Translations under genes and position numbers: made by a program
In this document: in pieces, positions 9,566-19,546 of the stretch
How the letters are laid out: each line of letters opens with the position of its first letter
How positions within the stretch are numbered: position 1 is the stretch's first letter
Source of the DNA: an uncultured Gaiellaceae bacterium
GTDB lineage: Bacteria > Actinomycetota > Thermoleophilia > Gaiellales > Gaiellaceae
Assembly: GCA_963820695.1 (NCBI GenBank)
Contig: CAWGAP010000001.1
Span: forward strand, 147,087-211,086
Reading direction: 5' to 3'
DNA length: 64,000 nucleotides
The notes under the pieces: model-generated
Database searches by the model: none
Told to the model about the DNA's origin: nothing
Seen by the model: only the letters and a program-made list of their open reading frames with translations

Positions 9566-10757
9566 GTGCGAGCGGTCGTGCTGCTCGCGCTCGCCGGTCT
9601 CTGGGCAGCAGCCGCGTGGTCGCTCTGGCAGAGCGTCGTCCCCGGCGACCTCGAGCTCGCAGACGGCTCGCTGGCCGGAATCCCGCCGGCCACCCTCGAG
9701 CGAGCCGACCGCTACGAGCTCTTCTTCCGGGTCGAGTTCGTCGTCTCGGAGCTCGTCCTGCTCGGCGTGCTCGTGGTCGTACGCCAAGTACGGGATCCGC
9801 TTCGCGAAGGAGTCGGCGGCCGGCCGGATCGGCACCGGGATGCTGCTCGGGATGATCGGGTTGGCGCTCGTCTGGATCTCCCAGGTGCCCTTCCGGCTGG
9901 CCGAGGTCTGGTGGGACCGGCGCTACGACCAGACCGACAGCGGCTACGTCGAGACGCTCTTCGCGAACTGGTTCGAGCTCGGGGCGGAGTTCCTGTTCAT
10001 CTGCTTCGCGCTGGTCGTCGTGATGGCGCTCGCCGGACGGTTCCCGCGCCGCTGGTGGCTCGGCGCCGCCCCGTTCTTCGTCGGTCTCGCGTTCCTCTTC
10101 GGCTTCATCTACCCCTACCTGACGCCGACGGAGAGGCTCGCGCGGGCCGACCTGCAGACGGCCGGCCGCGAATACGCGGCGAAGCAGGGGATCGACCCGG
10201 TGCCGCTCCGCGTCGAGGACGTCACCGACTTCACGAGCGCCCCGAACGCGTATGCGGTCGGCTTCGGCCCGAGCAAGCGGATCGTCTTCTGGAACACGCT
10301 CCTCGACGGCAGCTTCACGGACGACGAGGTGAAGACCGTGCTCGCGCACGAGCTCGGGCACCACTCGAGCAACCACCTCTTCGAGGGCGTCGCCTGGTAC
10401 GCACTCTTCGCGCTTCCCGGCGCCTGGCTGATCGCGCGCGTCACCCGCCGCCGCGGCGGCATGGGCAACCCGGCGGCGGTGCCGCTCTCGCTGCTCGTGA
10501 TCGTCGTGCTCGACCTGCTCTCGCTGCCCGTCTACAACCTGATCTCCCGCCACATGGAGCAGGAGGCCGACTGGAAGGCGCTCGAGACGACGCACAAGCC
10601 GGAGCCGGCGAAGAGCCTCTTCAGGGAGTTCACGATCCAGTCGCTGAACGACCCGGATCCGCCGAGGTGGTCGTACCTCCTCTTCGACAGCCATCCCTCC
10701 GTCGAGCAGCGGATCGCGATGGCCGACGCCTGGGCCCAGCGCCGCGCTCGTCCTTGA
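9566..10757 (+). CDS. M48 family zinc metalloprotease (Ste24/HtpX-like), interrupted by one frameshift as assembled
   Basis: The HExxH motif (LAHELGHHSS) and C-terminal half are in ORF 9840..10757. The N-terminal TM region (RAVVLLALAGLWAAAAWSLW...ADRYELFFRVEFVVSELVLLGVLVVV) lies in another frame (the frame of ORF 8672..11047). It joins YAKYGIRFAKESAAGRIGTGMLLGM at about 9775-9785. The start is uncertain: GTG 9566, or CTG 9545 overlapping the upstream stop codon. Confidence 0.75.
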
Positions 10758-10771
10758 ACCGGGCGCGCAGC

Positions 10772-10824
10772 GCCCCTTTAGGGGTTTTCGCGCGACGCGT
10801 GATCCGCTTTCGCGGATCGCGCGT
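10772..10824. terminator. Candidate bidirectional terminator between the convergent M48 and ETF-QO genes
   Basis: A small CCCC-ttta-GGGG hairpin plus TTTT lies at 10773-10788. It is followed by a 13-bp stem, acgcgtgatccgc / gcggatcgcgcgt (one G-T pair), with loop tttc at 10795-10824. Confidence 0.4.
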
Positions 10825-10832
10825 CCTGCGCA

Positions 10833-12545
10833 TTAGGTCAACGTGTACTCGGGGCCGGAGCCGCCCTCGGGTGGCGTCAGCCGGCCGCCCTTGGCCGAGA
10901 TCGCGCCGCACTGGACGCAGTTGGACGGGTTCACGTCGACGTGCACGAGCCCGTCACCCGCCTCCGCGCCGACCTCGTAGACGTGCGCCGGGCACATGTG
11001 TACCCATGCATCGGCGAGGTCTTTCGGGACCGTTCGCTGGATCCTGATGTGATCCGGCTGGTCGTCGCGCGTCCGGTTGCCGGAGAGAAAGACGGAGGAG
11101 AGCTTGTCGAATGTGAGCTTGCCGTCCGGCTTGGGGTACCGCGATGCGCGGCCGGTCCGGATCAGCGAGTGCGCGGCGTTCGCCTCGCTGTGGAGGTCCC
11201 AGGGCGGCAGCTTCCCCTTCGTCAGCGTCATCACGGTCGCACGGGCGCCGCCGACGAAGAAGCCCTTGTCGAACGCCTGGCGCATGTTCCGCACCGCGTG
11301 CAGATCCGTCACGACGTAGCTCGACCGCAGCTCCTCGTCGTAGGACTCGAACACGCCGTGTCGCGTCGGCGACTCGCCGCGCTGGAGCGAGCGGAAGGCG
11401 GCTTCGGCCGCCATGATCCCCGACTCGATCGCGTAATGGATCCCCTTCAGCGTCGGCACGTTCACGAGCCCAGCGCCTTCGCCGGCGAGCAGAAGGCCCG
11501 GTGCGTGGAAGCGTCTCGGCAGCGCGTGGTAGCCGCCCTCGCTGATCGTCTTCGCGCCCCAGGCGACCCGCTCGCCGCCGGCGAGGATCTTGCTCACGAG
11601 CTTGTGCGTCTTCAGCTCCTGGAGCACGTCGTGCACCGAGAACTCGACGTCCCGTGACTCGAGCCCGGCGACGAAGCCGAGCGAGACCATGTCGTCGCCC
11701 ATCGGGTAGATGAAGGAGCCGCCGAACTCGCCGTACTTGGCGCGCTTGCGCAGCGGCCAGCCCATCGTGTGGACGATGTGGCCGAGCGGCTTCGGCACCT
11801 TCCAGACCTCCTTGACGCCGAGCGCCCAGATCTGCGGCTGCGCGCCGGCGAGCCCGAAACGGTCGATCGCGGCCCCGGTCAGATGCCCCTGGGTGCCTTC
11901 GGCGAGGATCGTCACCTTCGCGGCGATGTCCGATCCGGGCTCGTACGCGCCGAGCGGCCTGCCGTCGCGGCCGAGCCCCTTGTCGCCCGTGCGGACGCCG
12001 TGCACGCGTCCGTCGGCGACGAGGAGCTTCTGGGCGTCCGTCTCCGGCAGCACCGCCGCTCCGACGGCCTCGGCCTGCTCCGCGAGGAAGCGGCCGAGCT
12101 GCGAGACCGAGACGACCCAGTTGCCGTGGTTCTTCATCGTCGGCGGCGGCGGGATCCTCATCGACCTGCCGCCCTTCGAAAGGAGGTAGACCGCCTCGCC
12201 GTGCACCTCGCCGTAGGTCGGCATGTCCTCCATCGTCAGGCGGTCGCGGAAGAGGCGGCGCAGTGCGCGCGGGTGAACGACCGCGCCGGACAGGAGATGC
12301 GAGCCGGGGGCCTTTCCCTTCTCGACGACAGCGACGGGCACCTCGCCCAGCCGCTCGGCCGTCTCGGGCGACTCCTCGAGCAACTGCCCGAGCCGGATCG
12401 CACAGGCCAGCCCGGCCGGACCGGCGCCGACGATCAGGACGCCGACCTCGATCCGCTCGGCTGCCGGATCGGTCGGCGGAGCGATCACCTCGGACGGCGA
12501 GAACGGCGGCGGGTAGTCCGCCGGGCGGACGCCGCTCTCGCTCAT
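10833..12545 (-). CDS. Electron-transfer flavoprotein:quinone oxidoreductase (ETF-QO)
   Basis: 570 aa with the FAD motif VLIVGAGPAGLACA and a C-terminal 4Fe-4S segment CPAHVYEV...NCVQCGAISAKGGRLTPPEGGSGPEY. It overlaps etfA by 4 nt. Confidence 0.9.
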   Translation of the reverse strand: MSESGVRPADYPPPFSPSEVIAPPTDPAAERIEVGVLIVGAGPAGLACAIRLGQLLEESPETAERLGEVPVAVVEKGKAPGSHLLSGAVVHPRALRRLFRDRLTMEDMPTYGEVHGEAVYLLSKGGRSMRIPPPPTMKNHGNWVVSVSQLGRFLAEQAEAVGAAVLPETDAQKLLVADGRVHGVRTGDKGLGRDGRPLGAYEPGSDIAAKVTILAEGTQGHLTGAAIDRFGLAGAQPQIWALGVKEVWKVPKPLGHIVHTMGWPLRKRAKYGEFGGSFIYPMGDDMVSLGFVAGLESRDVEFSVHDVLQELKTHKLVSKILAGGERVAWGAKTISEGGYHALPRRFHAPGLLLAGEGAGLVNVPTLKGIHYAIESGIMAAEAAFRSLQRGESPTRHGVFESYDEELRSSYVVTDLHAVRNMRQAFDKGFFVGGARATVMTLTKGKLPPWDLHSEANAAHSLIRTGRASRYPKPDGKLTFDKLSSVFLSGNRTRDDQPDHIRIQRTVPKDLADAWVHMCPAHVYEVGAEAGDGLVHVDVNPSNCVQCGAISAKGGRLTPPEGGSGPEYTLT

Positions 12546-13512
12546 CCTCTGCGGGCCCGGACGAGCTCGGTCAGCTTCGGCACGATCGCGTGCAGGTCGC
12601 CGACGACGCCGAGATCCGCGAACTCGAAGATCGGCGCGTTCGGATCCTTGTTGATCGCGACGATCGTCTTCGAGCTCTGCATCCCGACCTTGTGCTGGAT
12701 CGCGCCGGAGATGCCGCAGGCGATGTAGAGCGTCGGCGAGACCGACTTGCCGGTCTGGCCCACCTGGGCCGAGTAGGGGTACCAGCCCGCGTCGACGACC
12801 GCGCGCGTCGCGGCGACGGCGCCGCCGAGCGCCTTCGCGAGCTCCTCGACGAGCGCGAACTTCTCCGGCTCGCCGAGCCCGCGCCCGCCGGCGACGATCA
12901 CGTTCGCGTCTTCGATCGAGGGGCCGCTCTCCTCGGCGTGCGCCTGCTCGACCATCTCGGCCGCGAGCGAGTGCTCCTGCAGCTCGGGCGAGAAGGTCTC
13001 GACTGCCCCTGCCGCGGCCTGCTCGGTCGGGTCGAGCGCACCGGCGCGGAAGAGCCCGATCCGCGGCGTCGTCTTCCAGCCGACGTCGACGACGACCGAG
13101 TCGCCGAGCGCGGACTGCTTGCCGACGAGGTCGCCGCCGTCGGCGGCGATATCGGTCAGCTGCCAGTTGAGGCCCGCCTCGAGCCGCGCCGCAAGTCCCG
13201 CGGCGATGTCGGCGGCGAGAATCGACTGCGCGAAGAGCACCGTCTCGAAGCCCTTGTCGGCGACGAGCTGCGCGATCGCGTCGACGCGTGGCTGCGGCAA
13301 CGGCGCCTCGAGCTTCGGGTCGTCCGCGACATAGACGGTCGCGGCGCCGTGCCTGCCCGCCTGCTCGGCGAGCCCTTCGAGGCCGGAGCCGACGATCACG
13401 CCGGCGACGTCGCCGCCAAGGCTTGCCGCCTTCGAGAGGACTGCGAGGGAGCCCTTCTGGAGCTCACCGCCGACTCAGAGCGATGATGTTCGAGAAAGAC
13501 GAGGATGCTCAC
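12542..13512 (-). CDS. etfA: Electron transfer flavoprotein alpha subunit, one frameshift near the 5' end as assembled
   Basis: ORF 12542..13399 covers most of the protein (TLYIACGISGAIQHKVGMQSSKTIVAINKDPNAPIF). The true N-terminus, VSILVFLEHH, starts at GTG 13510-13512. It shifts frame at about 13460-13470 into GELQKGSLAVLSKAASLGGDVAGVIVGSGLEG. Confidence 0.88.
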
Positions 13513-14291
13513 TAGATCAGCCGCTTCTCGGCGAGGAACGCCACGATCTGCTCGGCCGCGCTGCCATCGTCCTCGATCTTGCGCGTGTCGCCGCGGGGCG
13601 GCGGATCGGAAAGGGCGCGCACCTCGGTGTGCGACCCTTGCTCGCCGGCACTGCCCGCATCGACCCCGAGGTCGGCGAGCGAGAGGGTCTCCTGCGGCTT
13701 CGACTTCGCGCCCATGATCCCCTTCAACGACGGGTAGCGCGGCTCGTTGATCGAGTCGGCGACGGCGACGACGGCGGGAAGGGGCGCGCGGATGACGTCG
13801 TAGCCGAACTCGGTCTGGCGCTTTCCGGTCAGGGAGCTCCCCTCGAGCGTCAGCTCGGCGACCTGCGAGATCACGGGGCGCTTGAGCCGCTCGGCGACCG
13901 CGGCCCAGAGCACGGCGCCGTCGGAATCCGAGGACTGCTGCCCGAAGAGGACGAGATCCGGCTGCTCGCGCTCGAGCGCCTTCGCGAGCGTCAGGCTCGT
14001 GGCGACGAGGTCGGAGCCCGCGGCGCCCTCGTCCGCGACGAGCACCGCGCGATCGGCGCCCATTGCCAGCGCCTTGCGCAGCGAGTTGAGCGCCCGCTCC
14101 GGCCCCATCGAGACGACGACGACCTCGCCGTCGCCGGTGGCGTCCTTCAGCCGCAGCGCCTCCTCGACAGCATTCGCGTCGAAGGCGTTCAGGGCGCCCT
14201 CGCCGGAGCGGTCGAGACGCTTCGTGCCCGCGTCGATCCGCTTGTGGGCGGTCGCGTCCGGCACCTCTTTCACGCAGACGGCGATCTTCAT
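13512..14291 (-). CDS. etfB: Electron transfer flavoprotein beta subunit
   Basis: 259 aa from the internal Met, MKIAVCVKEVPD...PRYPSLKGIMGAKSK. The upstream part of ORF 13512..14672 is not coding-like. Confidence 0.92.
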   Translation of the reverse strand: MKIAVCVKEVPDATAHKRIDAGTKRLDRSGEGALNAFDANAVEEALRLKDATGDGEVVVVSMGPERALNSLRKALAMGADRAVLVADEGAAGSDLVATSLTLAKALEREQPDLVLFGQQSSDSDGAVLWAAVAERLKRPVISQVAELTLEGSSLTGKRQTEFGYDVIRAPLPAVVAVADSINEPRYPSLKGIMGAKSKPQETLSLADLGVDAGSAGEQGSHTEVRALSDPPPRGDTRKIEDDGSAAEQIVAFLAEKRLI

Positions 14292-14423
14292 CGCGCCGGA
14301 CTCTAACGATGCGCCGTCGGGATCCCTCGGCAGAGGCGTCTCCCGAGCTTTACCCCTTTCAGGGCCGGAATCCTCCGCCGGCTCTGCTAGTGTCCCGCAC
14401 TTCGCGCGCGACCCCGGTACTCG

Positions 14424-15317
14424 ATGACCCCCGTCCGGACGACAGCCCGAGGCTTGTTCCTCACCGTGAGCGCCTTCCTGCTCGCAGCGGGGACGGCGGC
14501 AGCGTCCCCGTCGGGACAGGTGCCACGACTCGTCTTCCCGATCCTCGGAGCCGCGAGCTACACGGACGACTTCGGTGACCCGCGGGGCCAGGGAGCCCAC
14601 GAGGGGAACGACATCGTGGCGCCGCGACGCGCGCTCGTCCTCGCAGCCGAGGCGGGGACGGTCAAGTTCCACTCGACCTCAGCGCGGGCGGGCTGCATGC
14701 TCTACCTGGACGGCAAGAGCGGCACCGAGTACCTCTACGTCCACCTCAACAACGACCTCACGGACGGGAACGACAATCAGGGCAGGTGTGTCGCCGGTGT
14801 CTCGTACGCGAAGGGGCTGAAGGACGGCGCGAAGGTGGCGGCCGGCGAGGTGATCGCGTACAACGGCGACTCCGGGGACGCGGACGGGATCCACCCACAT
14901 CTCCACTTCGAGGTGCACCCGAACGGCGGCGGTGCGGTCAGTCCGTTCTCGCACCTGAACAAGGCGCGGCGGCTGCTCTTCTCCGCCCGCGAGGGAACGA
15001 CGTTCACGCTCGCACTCACGGGCAAGGTGGCGAACGCCGCCGGCGAGGACCTCCAGGTCACGGTCGACCAGGTACGCCAGTGGCCCGGCGGCCGCAAGGT
15101 CAAGCAGTCCGGCCAGAAGGTCGCCGTCACGGTGCCCGAGACGGCGTCGATCGAAGGGCTCGGTACCGCCGCCGTGGGGTCGGCCTACCCGGCGCTCGAG
15201 CTGCTGACGGTCGGACTGCCTGTCACGGTGTGGACGTCGCCGGCGAAGGTCACGCCGGCCGCGCTCTTCGGCGCCAAGGGAGCGCTCGCCGCCTCCCGCG
15301 TCGTCGTCCGGCCGTAA
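14424..15317 (+). CDS. Secreted M23 family metallopeptidase
   Basis: 297 aa with a signal peptide (LFLTVSAFLLAAGTAAA). The M23 motifs are HEGNDIVAP and GIHPHLHFEVHPNGG. Confidence 0.85.
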   Translation: MTPVRTTARGLFLTVSAFLLAAGTAAASPSGQVPRLVFPILGAASYTDDFGDPRGQGAHEGNDIVAPRRALVLAAEAGTVKFHSTSARAGCMLYLDGKSGTEYLYVHLNNDLTDGNDNQGRCVAGVSYAKGLKDGAKVAAGEVIAYNGDSGDADGIHPHLHFEVHPNGGGAVSPFSHLNKARRLLFSAREGTTFTLALTGKVANAAGEDLQVTVDQVRQWPGGRKVKQSGQKVAVTVPETASIEGLGTAAVGSAYPALELLTVGLPVTVWTSPAKVTPAALFGAKGALAASRVVVRP

Positions 15318-15713
15318 TCAGACCGGGATTTTCGCGGTCAGGAAGTCGACGATCTCGCTCGTCGGCGCCCCCGGGGTGAAGACCGCTGCGACGCCCTTGC
15401 CCTTGAGCTCCTCGGCGTCCTCGTTCGGGATCGTCCCGCCGACGAGAACGAGCACGTCGTCGACGCCGTTCTCCTTCAGCCCTGCGAGGATCCGCGGCAC
15501 GAGCGTCATGTGCGCGCCGGAGAGGATCGAGATGCCGACGGCGTCCGCGTCCTCCTGGATCGCCGTCTCGACGATCTGCTCCGGCGTCTGGTGCAGGCCG
15601 GTGTAGATCACCTCCATTCCCGCGTCGCGGAGGGCCCTCGCGATGATCTTCGCGCCCCGGTCATGGCCGTCGAGGCCGGGCTTCGCGATCACCACTCTGA
15701 TCTTCCTGGCCAT
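15318..15713 (-). CDS. Methylmalonyl-CoA mutase small subunit (cobalamin-binding domain)
   Basis: 131 aa, [23 protein letters not shown] (DxHxxG B12 motif)...GISILSGAH...VLVGGTIP. Confidence 0.9.
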   Translation of the reverse strand: MARKIRVVIAKPGLDGHDRGAKIIARALRDAGMEVIYTGLHQTPEQIVETAIQEDADAVGISILSGAHMTLVPRILAGLKENGVDDVLVLVGGTIPNEDAEELKGKGVAAVFTPGAPTSEIVDFLTAKIPV

Positions 15714-15728
15714 GCCGTCGGCAAGTAT

Positions 15729-16451
15729 ATGGAGGTGCGCCTGAAAGTCATCGGCTCGTCACCCGCCTGGCCGAACCCCGGCGGGGCCTGCTCGGGCTAT
15801 CTCATCGAGGGCCGTTTGCTGCTCGACTGCGGCCCCGGCGTGCTCGCGAAGCTCCGCGAGCAGGAGCGCTGGCCGACGGTCGAGGCGATCGCGATCACGC
15901 ACCTCCACCTCGACCACTGGGGCGACCTCATCCCGTGGGTCTGGGGCAGCCTCTTCGGCCCCGGCGAGTCGCTGCCGAAGCCGAAGCTCTGGTTGCCACC
16001 GGGGAGCGTCGAGGAGCTGCGGCCCGTGCTCGCGCTGCTCGGGAGCGAGGACATGCTCGAGCGCGCGTTCGAGGTCGAGGAGTACGAGTCGCGGGTTCCG
16101 TTCGCGGCGGCGGCCGGGCTCGAGGTGACGGCGATCCCGGTCGACCACTACGACGTGCTCGCGTTCGGCTTCCGAGTCAAGGGGGACCGCGTCCTCGCCT
16201 ATTCGGGCGACAGCGGCCCGTCCGACGCGCTCGCCGAGCTGGCTCGCGACGCCGATCTGCTCCTCTCCGAGGCGACGCTCGAGAACGGCGGCTACGACGG
16301 GCCCGATCGCGGCCACCTCTCGCCGGAGGAGGCGACGGAGGCGGCCGCCGATGCGCGCGCGCTCCGGGTCGTGCTCACGCACCGCCCGGTCGAGCGCGAG
16401 GCGCCGCCCGGCATCGAGCTCGCCTACGACGGGCTCGAGCTCGAGTTCTAG
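15729..16451 (+). CDS. MBL-fold metallo-hydrolase
   Basis: 240 aa from ATG 15729, with [12 protein letters not shown] (HxHxDH). The start is 15 nt from the divergent mutase small-subunit start. Confidence 0.8.
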   Translation: MEVRLKVIGSSPAWPNPGGACSGYLIEGRLLLDCGPGVLAKLREQERWPTVEAIAITHLHLDHWGDLIPWVWGSLFGPGESLPKPKLWLPPGSVEELRPVLALLGSEDMLERAFEVEEYESRVPFAAAAGLEVTAIPVDHYDVLAFGFRVKGDRVLAYSGDSGPSDALAELARDADLLLSEATLENGGYDGPDRGHLSPEEATEAAADARALRVVLTHRPVEREAPPGIELAYDGLELEF

Positions 16452-17296
16452 GTGCGCCGCGAGGCGTCGTACGCCTTCTGTGCGCGGCGCCAGCGAACGC
16501 GCTCGACCACGAACAGCACCGCCGGGACGAGCAACGCGAGTGCGATCAGCGCCGCCGGGACGAGCAGCCAGATCGCGCCGAGGCTGGTCGACGCGCTCGG
16601 CGGCGGAGCCAGGTCGACCCGAAACGGCGAGCCCTCGGCGCGGCTCGGCCGCGAGCCGCCGCCTCCTCCTCCGCGCGGCGACCAGGAGTCGACGAGCCAG
16701 CGCCGCTTCGCGCCGGCACCGACCGAGCGGAGCGACAGGTTGAAGACCGCCGGCCGGACCGCTGCGCCCGCCCGCGGGAACACCGCGACCTGGAGTCCGA
16801 TCTCGTTCGCGTACGAGTAGTCGAACTTCCAGCGCGCGTCGTCGACCGGGTAGGGCACGACCGGGATGTCGCCGTCGCGCCACTCGTCCCGGGTGGTGGT
16901 GCCACGCAGGTTCGGCCCCACGAGCTCGTACGCCCGTTCGGCGTGCTCGCGCCGCACCGCCGTGTCGACGAACAGGGCTGCGGTCGCGATCACGGCGCGG
17001 CGTTCGGCCGGGGCCATCTCGATGGGGATCGGGGGCACGTAGATGTCCGCCTTCCCGTGCAACGGCGTCTCGACGATCGTCGCCGTGTTCCAGAAGAAGA
17101 TGCTCACGAGCGCCGCCGCGACGACCACGGCGAACAGGAGGCAGACCTTGATCGCACGCCGCCGGAAGCGCGGCGACGACAGCCGGCCGGCCAGGAACTC
17201 GGGTGAGTCGAGCCGGGCCGCCGCAGGCGGCCCCTTCAGGGATCTTCGCGCGATCGGCATCCGCGTCCGCGGATGCCGATCCTGCGCCGGCAACAT
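16448..17296 (-). CDS. Hypothetical bitopic membrane protein (paralog B, with an extra G-rich linker and a C-terminal TM)
   Basis: Two starts are possible. ATG 17294-17296 overlaps the upstream stop codon (TGATG); ATG 17258-17260 gives MPIARRSL. The protein has an N-terminal TM (IKVCLLFAVVVAAALVSIFFW) and a ~130-aa domain that aligns with the upstream gene (YELVGPNLR...TRDEWRDGDIPVVPYP...WLVDSWSPR). It also has a GGGGGG linker and a second TM. Confidence 0.6.
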   Translation of the reverse strand: MLPAQDRHPRTRMPIARRSLKGPPAAARLDSPEFLAGRLSSPRFRRRAIKVCLLFAVVVAAALVSIFFWNTATIVETPLHGKADIYVPPIPIEMAPAERRAVIATAALFVDTAVRREHAERAYELVGPNLRGTTTRDEWRDGDIPVVPYPVDDARWKFDYSYANEIGLQVAVFPRAGAAVRPAVFNLSLRSVGAGAKRRWLVDSWSPRGGGGGGSRPSRAEGSPFRVDLAPPPSASTSLGAIWLLVPAALIALALLVPAVLFVVERVRWRRAQKAYDASRRT

Positions 17297-17823
17297 CAGT
17301 CGCGGGCGCTTGGCACCGCCGGAGCTGCGCGCGGGACCCAGTAGTTCACGCGCCACCGGCTCCCGGCCTTCTTCAGCCCGATGAAGAAGATCTGCGGCTT
17401 CACCTTCGCGGACTCCTTCGGCAGCAGCGCCACCTCGAGGATCGCCTCGTCCGGGTACGACTCGTCGACCTTGAAGGTCGCGGTCTCGATCGCCTTGGCC
17501 GGGTAGTAGACGACCGGGATGTTCCCCGTCAGCCACTCCTGTTTCGTCATCCCCTGCCGGAGCTCCGGGTGCACGAGGTCGTACGACTCGCCGAGGTTCT
17601 CGCGCGCGACCGCAGTGAGGATGAACCTGCCCGCGACCCGGCGGGCCTCCTGGTCGAGCGGAACCTGCTTGCGCGGTGTGAACACCTGCGCCGGCGTGTT
17701 CGAGAGCGGCGCCTCCTGGGAGCTGCCGGTGTCGCCGAAGTACGCGACCGTGAAGGCGACGACACCGGCCGTGAGGACGAGGCCGGCCAGAAGCGAGACC
17801 TGTCGCTGCGTACGCGCGCTCAC
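17296..17823 (-). CDS. Hypothetical bitopic membrane protein (paralog A)
   Basis: 175 aa with a GTG start and an N-terminal TM (VSLLAGLVLTAGVVAFTVAYF). Its domain is YDLVHPELRQGMTKQEWLTGNIPVVYYP...WRVNYWVPR. Confidence 0.6.
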   Translation of the reverse strand: MSARTQRQVSLLAGLVLTAGVVAFTVAYFGDTGSSQEAPLSNTPAQVFTPRKQVPLDQEARRVAGRFILTAVARENLGESYDLVHPELRQGMTKQEWLTGNIPVVYYPAKAIETATFKVDESYPDEAILEVALLPKESAKVKPQIFFIGLKKAGSRWRVNYWVPRAAPAVPSARD

Positions 17824-17878
17824 GTCACGTACGACGCGTCGTGCCTTGTTCAGTTAGATGAAGGCTAGGTTAAGCAAG

Positions 17879-19546
17879 CTAAAACACAGGCGTTTCCCGC
17901 CAGGTCCCCCAGACCTCGCGCCAGGCGTCGCAGATCTCGCCCATCGTCACGTAGTCGCGGGCGGCGTCGAGGATCGTCGGCATCAGGTTGACGCCGTCCC
18001 GCGCCGAGGCCTGCTTCAGTGCCGCCAGGCGCTGCTCGACCTTCGCCGAGTCGCGCCGGCCCTTCAGCGCCGTCACCCGCTCGATCTGCTGCGCCTCGAG
18101 GGCGGCGTCGATCTTCAGGATCTCGAGCGGCGTCTCGTCCTCGAGCGTGTAGCGGTTGACGCCGACGACGACACGCTCGCCGCGTTCCACTTCCTCCTGA
18201 TAGCGAAATGCCGAATCTGCTATCTCTCGTTGCGGGAAATTCTGTTTGATCGCCTCGACCATGCCGCCCAGCTTTTCGATCCGCTCGAAGTACTCGTACG
18301 CCTGGGCCTCGATCCTGTTCGTCAGCTCCTCGACGTAGTAGGAGCCGCCGAGCGGGTCGATCGTGTTGACGACGCCCGTTTCGTGCGCGATCACCTGCTG
18401 GGTGCGGAGCGCGATCCGGACCGCGTCCTCGGTGGGCAGAGCCAGCGCCTCGTCGAAGGAGTTCGTGTGCAGGCTCTGAGTGCCGCCGAGCACCGCCGCG
18501 AGCGCCTCGATGGCCGTGCGGACGATGTTCACCTCCGGCTGCTGCGCCGTCAGCGAGACGCCGGCGGTCTGGGTGTGGAAGCGCATCAGCCAGGAGCGCG
18601 GGTTGCGCGCGCCGAAGCGGTCGCGCAGCTCGCGCGCCCAGATCCGGCGGGCGGCGCGGTACTTGGCGATCTCCTCGAAGAAGTCGAGGTGCGCGTTGAA
18701 GAAGAAGCTCAGGCGCGGAGCGAAGTCGTCGACGTCGAGCCCGCGCGCGACCGCCCACTCGACGTACGTGAAGCCGTCCTGGAGCGTGAACGCGAGCTCC
18801 TGCGCCGCGGTCGAGCCCGCCTCGCGGATGTGGTAGCCGGAGATCGAGATCGGATGCCACTTCGGCAGCTCGGCGGAGCAGTACTCGACCATGTCCGTCA
18901 CCAGCCGCATCGAGGGCTCGGGCGGGAAGATGTACTCCTTCTGCGCGATGTACTCCTTGAGGATGTCCGTCTGGATCGTGCCGCGCAGATGCTCCGCCGG
19001 GACGCCCTGCTCCTCGCCGACGGCGATGTAGAACGCGAGCAGGATCGCGGCCGGCGAGTTGATCGTCATCGACGTCGAGACCTCCCCGAGCGGGATCCCC
19101 CGGAACAGCGTCTCCATGTCCTCGAGCGAGTCGATCGCGACCCCCTCGCGACCGACCTCGCCCTCCGAGCGCGGGTGGTCGGAGTCGTACCCCATCAGCG
19201 TCGGCATGTCGAAGGCGGTCGAGAGCCCCGTCTGGCCATGGTCGAGCAGGTAGCGGAAGCGCTCGTTCGTCTCGGCGGCGGTGCCGAAGCCGGCGAACTG
19301 CCGCATCGTCCAGAGCTTGCCGCGGTACATCGACGGATAGACGCCGCGCGTGAACGGGAAGACCCCGGGGTAGCCGAGGTCGCGGTCGTAGTCGATCGTG
19401 ACCGAGTCGGGCGTGACGAGGGGATCGTTCGCGAGCCCGGAGATCGTGGAGAAGAGCTCCCCCTGCCGTTCGGGGGTGCGGCCGTACAACTCCTCACGCC
19501 AGGCCTGCGTCGCGTCGAGCGAGTCGCGATCCTCGGTCGTCGCCAT
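17879..19546 (-). CDS. Methylmalonyl-CoA mutase large (catalytic, TIM-barrel) subunit
   Basis: 555 aa, uninterrupted, with [32 protein letters not shown] and HTQTAG. There is no B12 domain, so it pairs with 15318..15713. Confidence 0.93.
   Translation of the reverse strand: MATTEDRDSLDATQAWREELYGRTPERQGELFSTISGLANDPLVTPDSVTIDYDRDLGYPGVFPFTRGVYPSMYRGKLWTMRQFAGFGTAAETNERFRYLLDHGQTGLSTAFDMPTLMGYDSDHPRSEGEVGREGVAIDSLEDMETLFRGIPLGEVSTSMTINSPAAILLAFYIAVGEEQGVPAEHLRGTIQTDILKEYIAQKEYIFPPEPSMRLVTDMVEYCSAELPKWHPISISGYHIREAGSTAAQELAFTLQDGFTYVEWAVARGLDVDDFAPRLSFFFNAHLDFFEEIAKYRAARRIWARELRDRFGARNPRSWLMRFHTQTAGVSLTAQQPEVNIVRTAIEALAAVLGGTQSLHTNSFDEALALPTEDAVRIALRTQQVIAHETGVVNTIDPLGGSYYVEELTNRIEAQAYEYFERIEKLGGMVEAIKQNFPQREIADSAFRYQEEVERGERVVVGVNRYTLEDETPLEILKIDAALEAQQIERVTALKGRRDSAKVEQRLAALKQASARDGVNLMPTILDAARDYVTMGEICDAWREVWGTWRETPVF

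Noticed and set aside
8076-10694. 872-aa ORF on the minus strand
   Set aside because: It is antisense to the well-supported DUF4389 and M48 genes. The translation is Arg/Glu/Pro/Asp low-complexity with no motif. Long open antisense frames are expected at this GC content.
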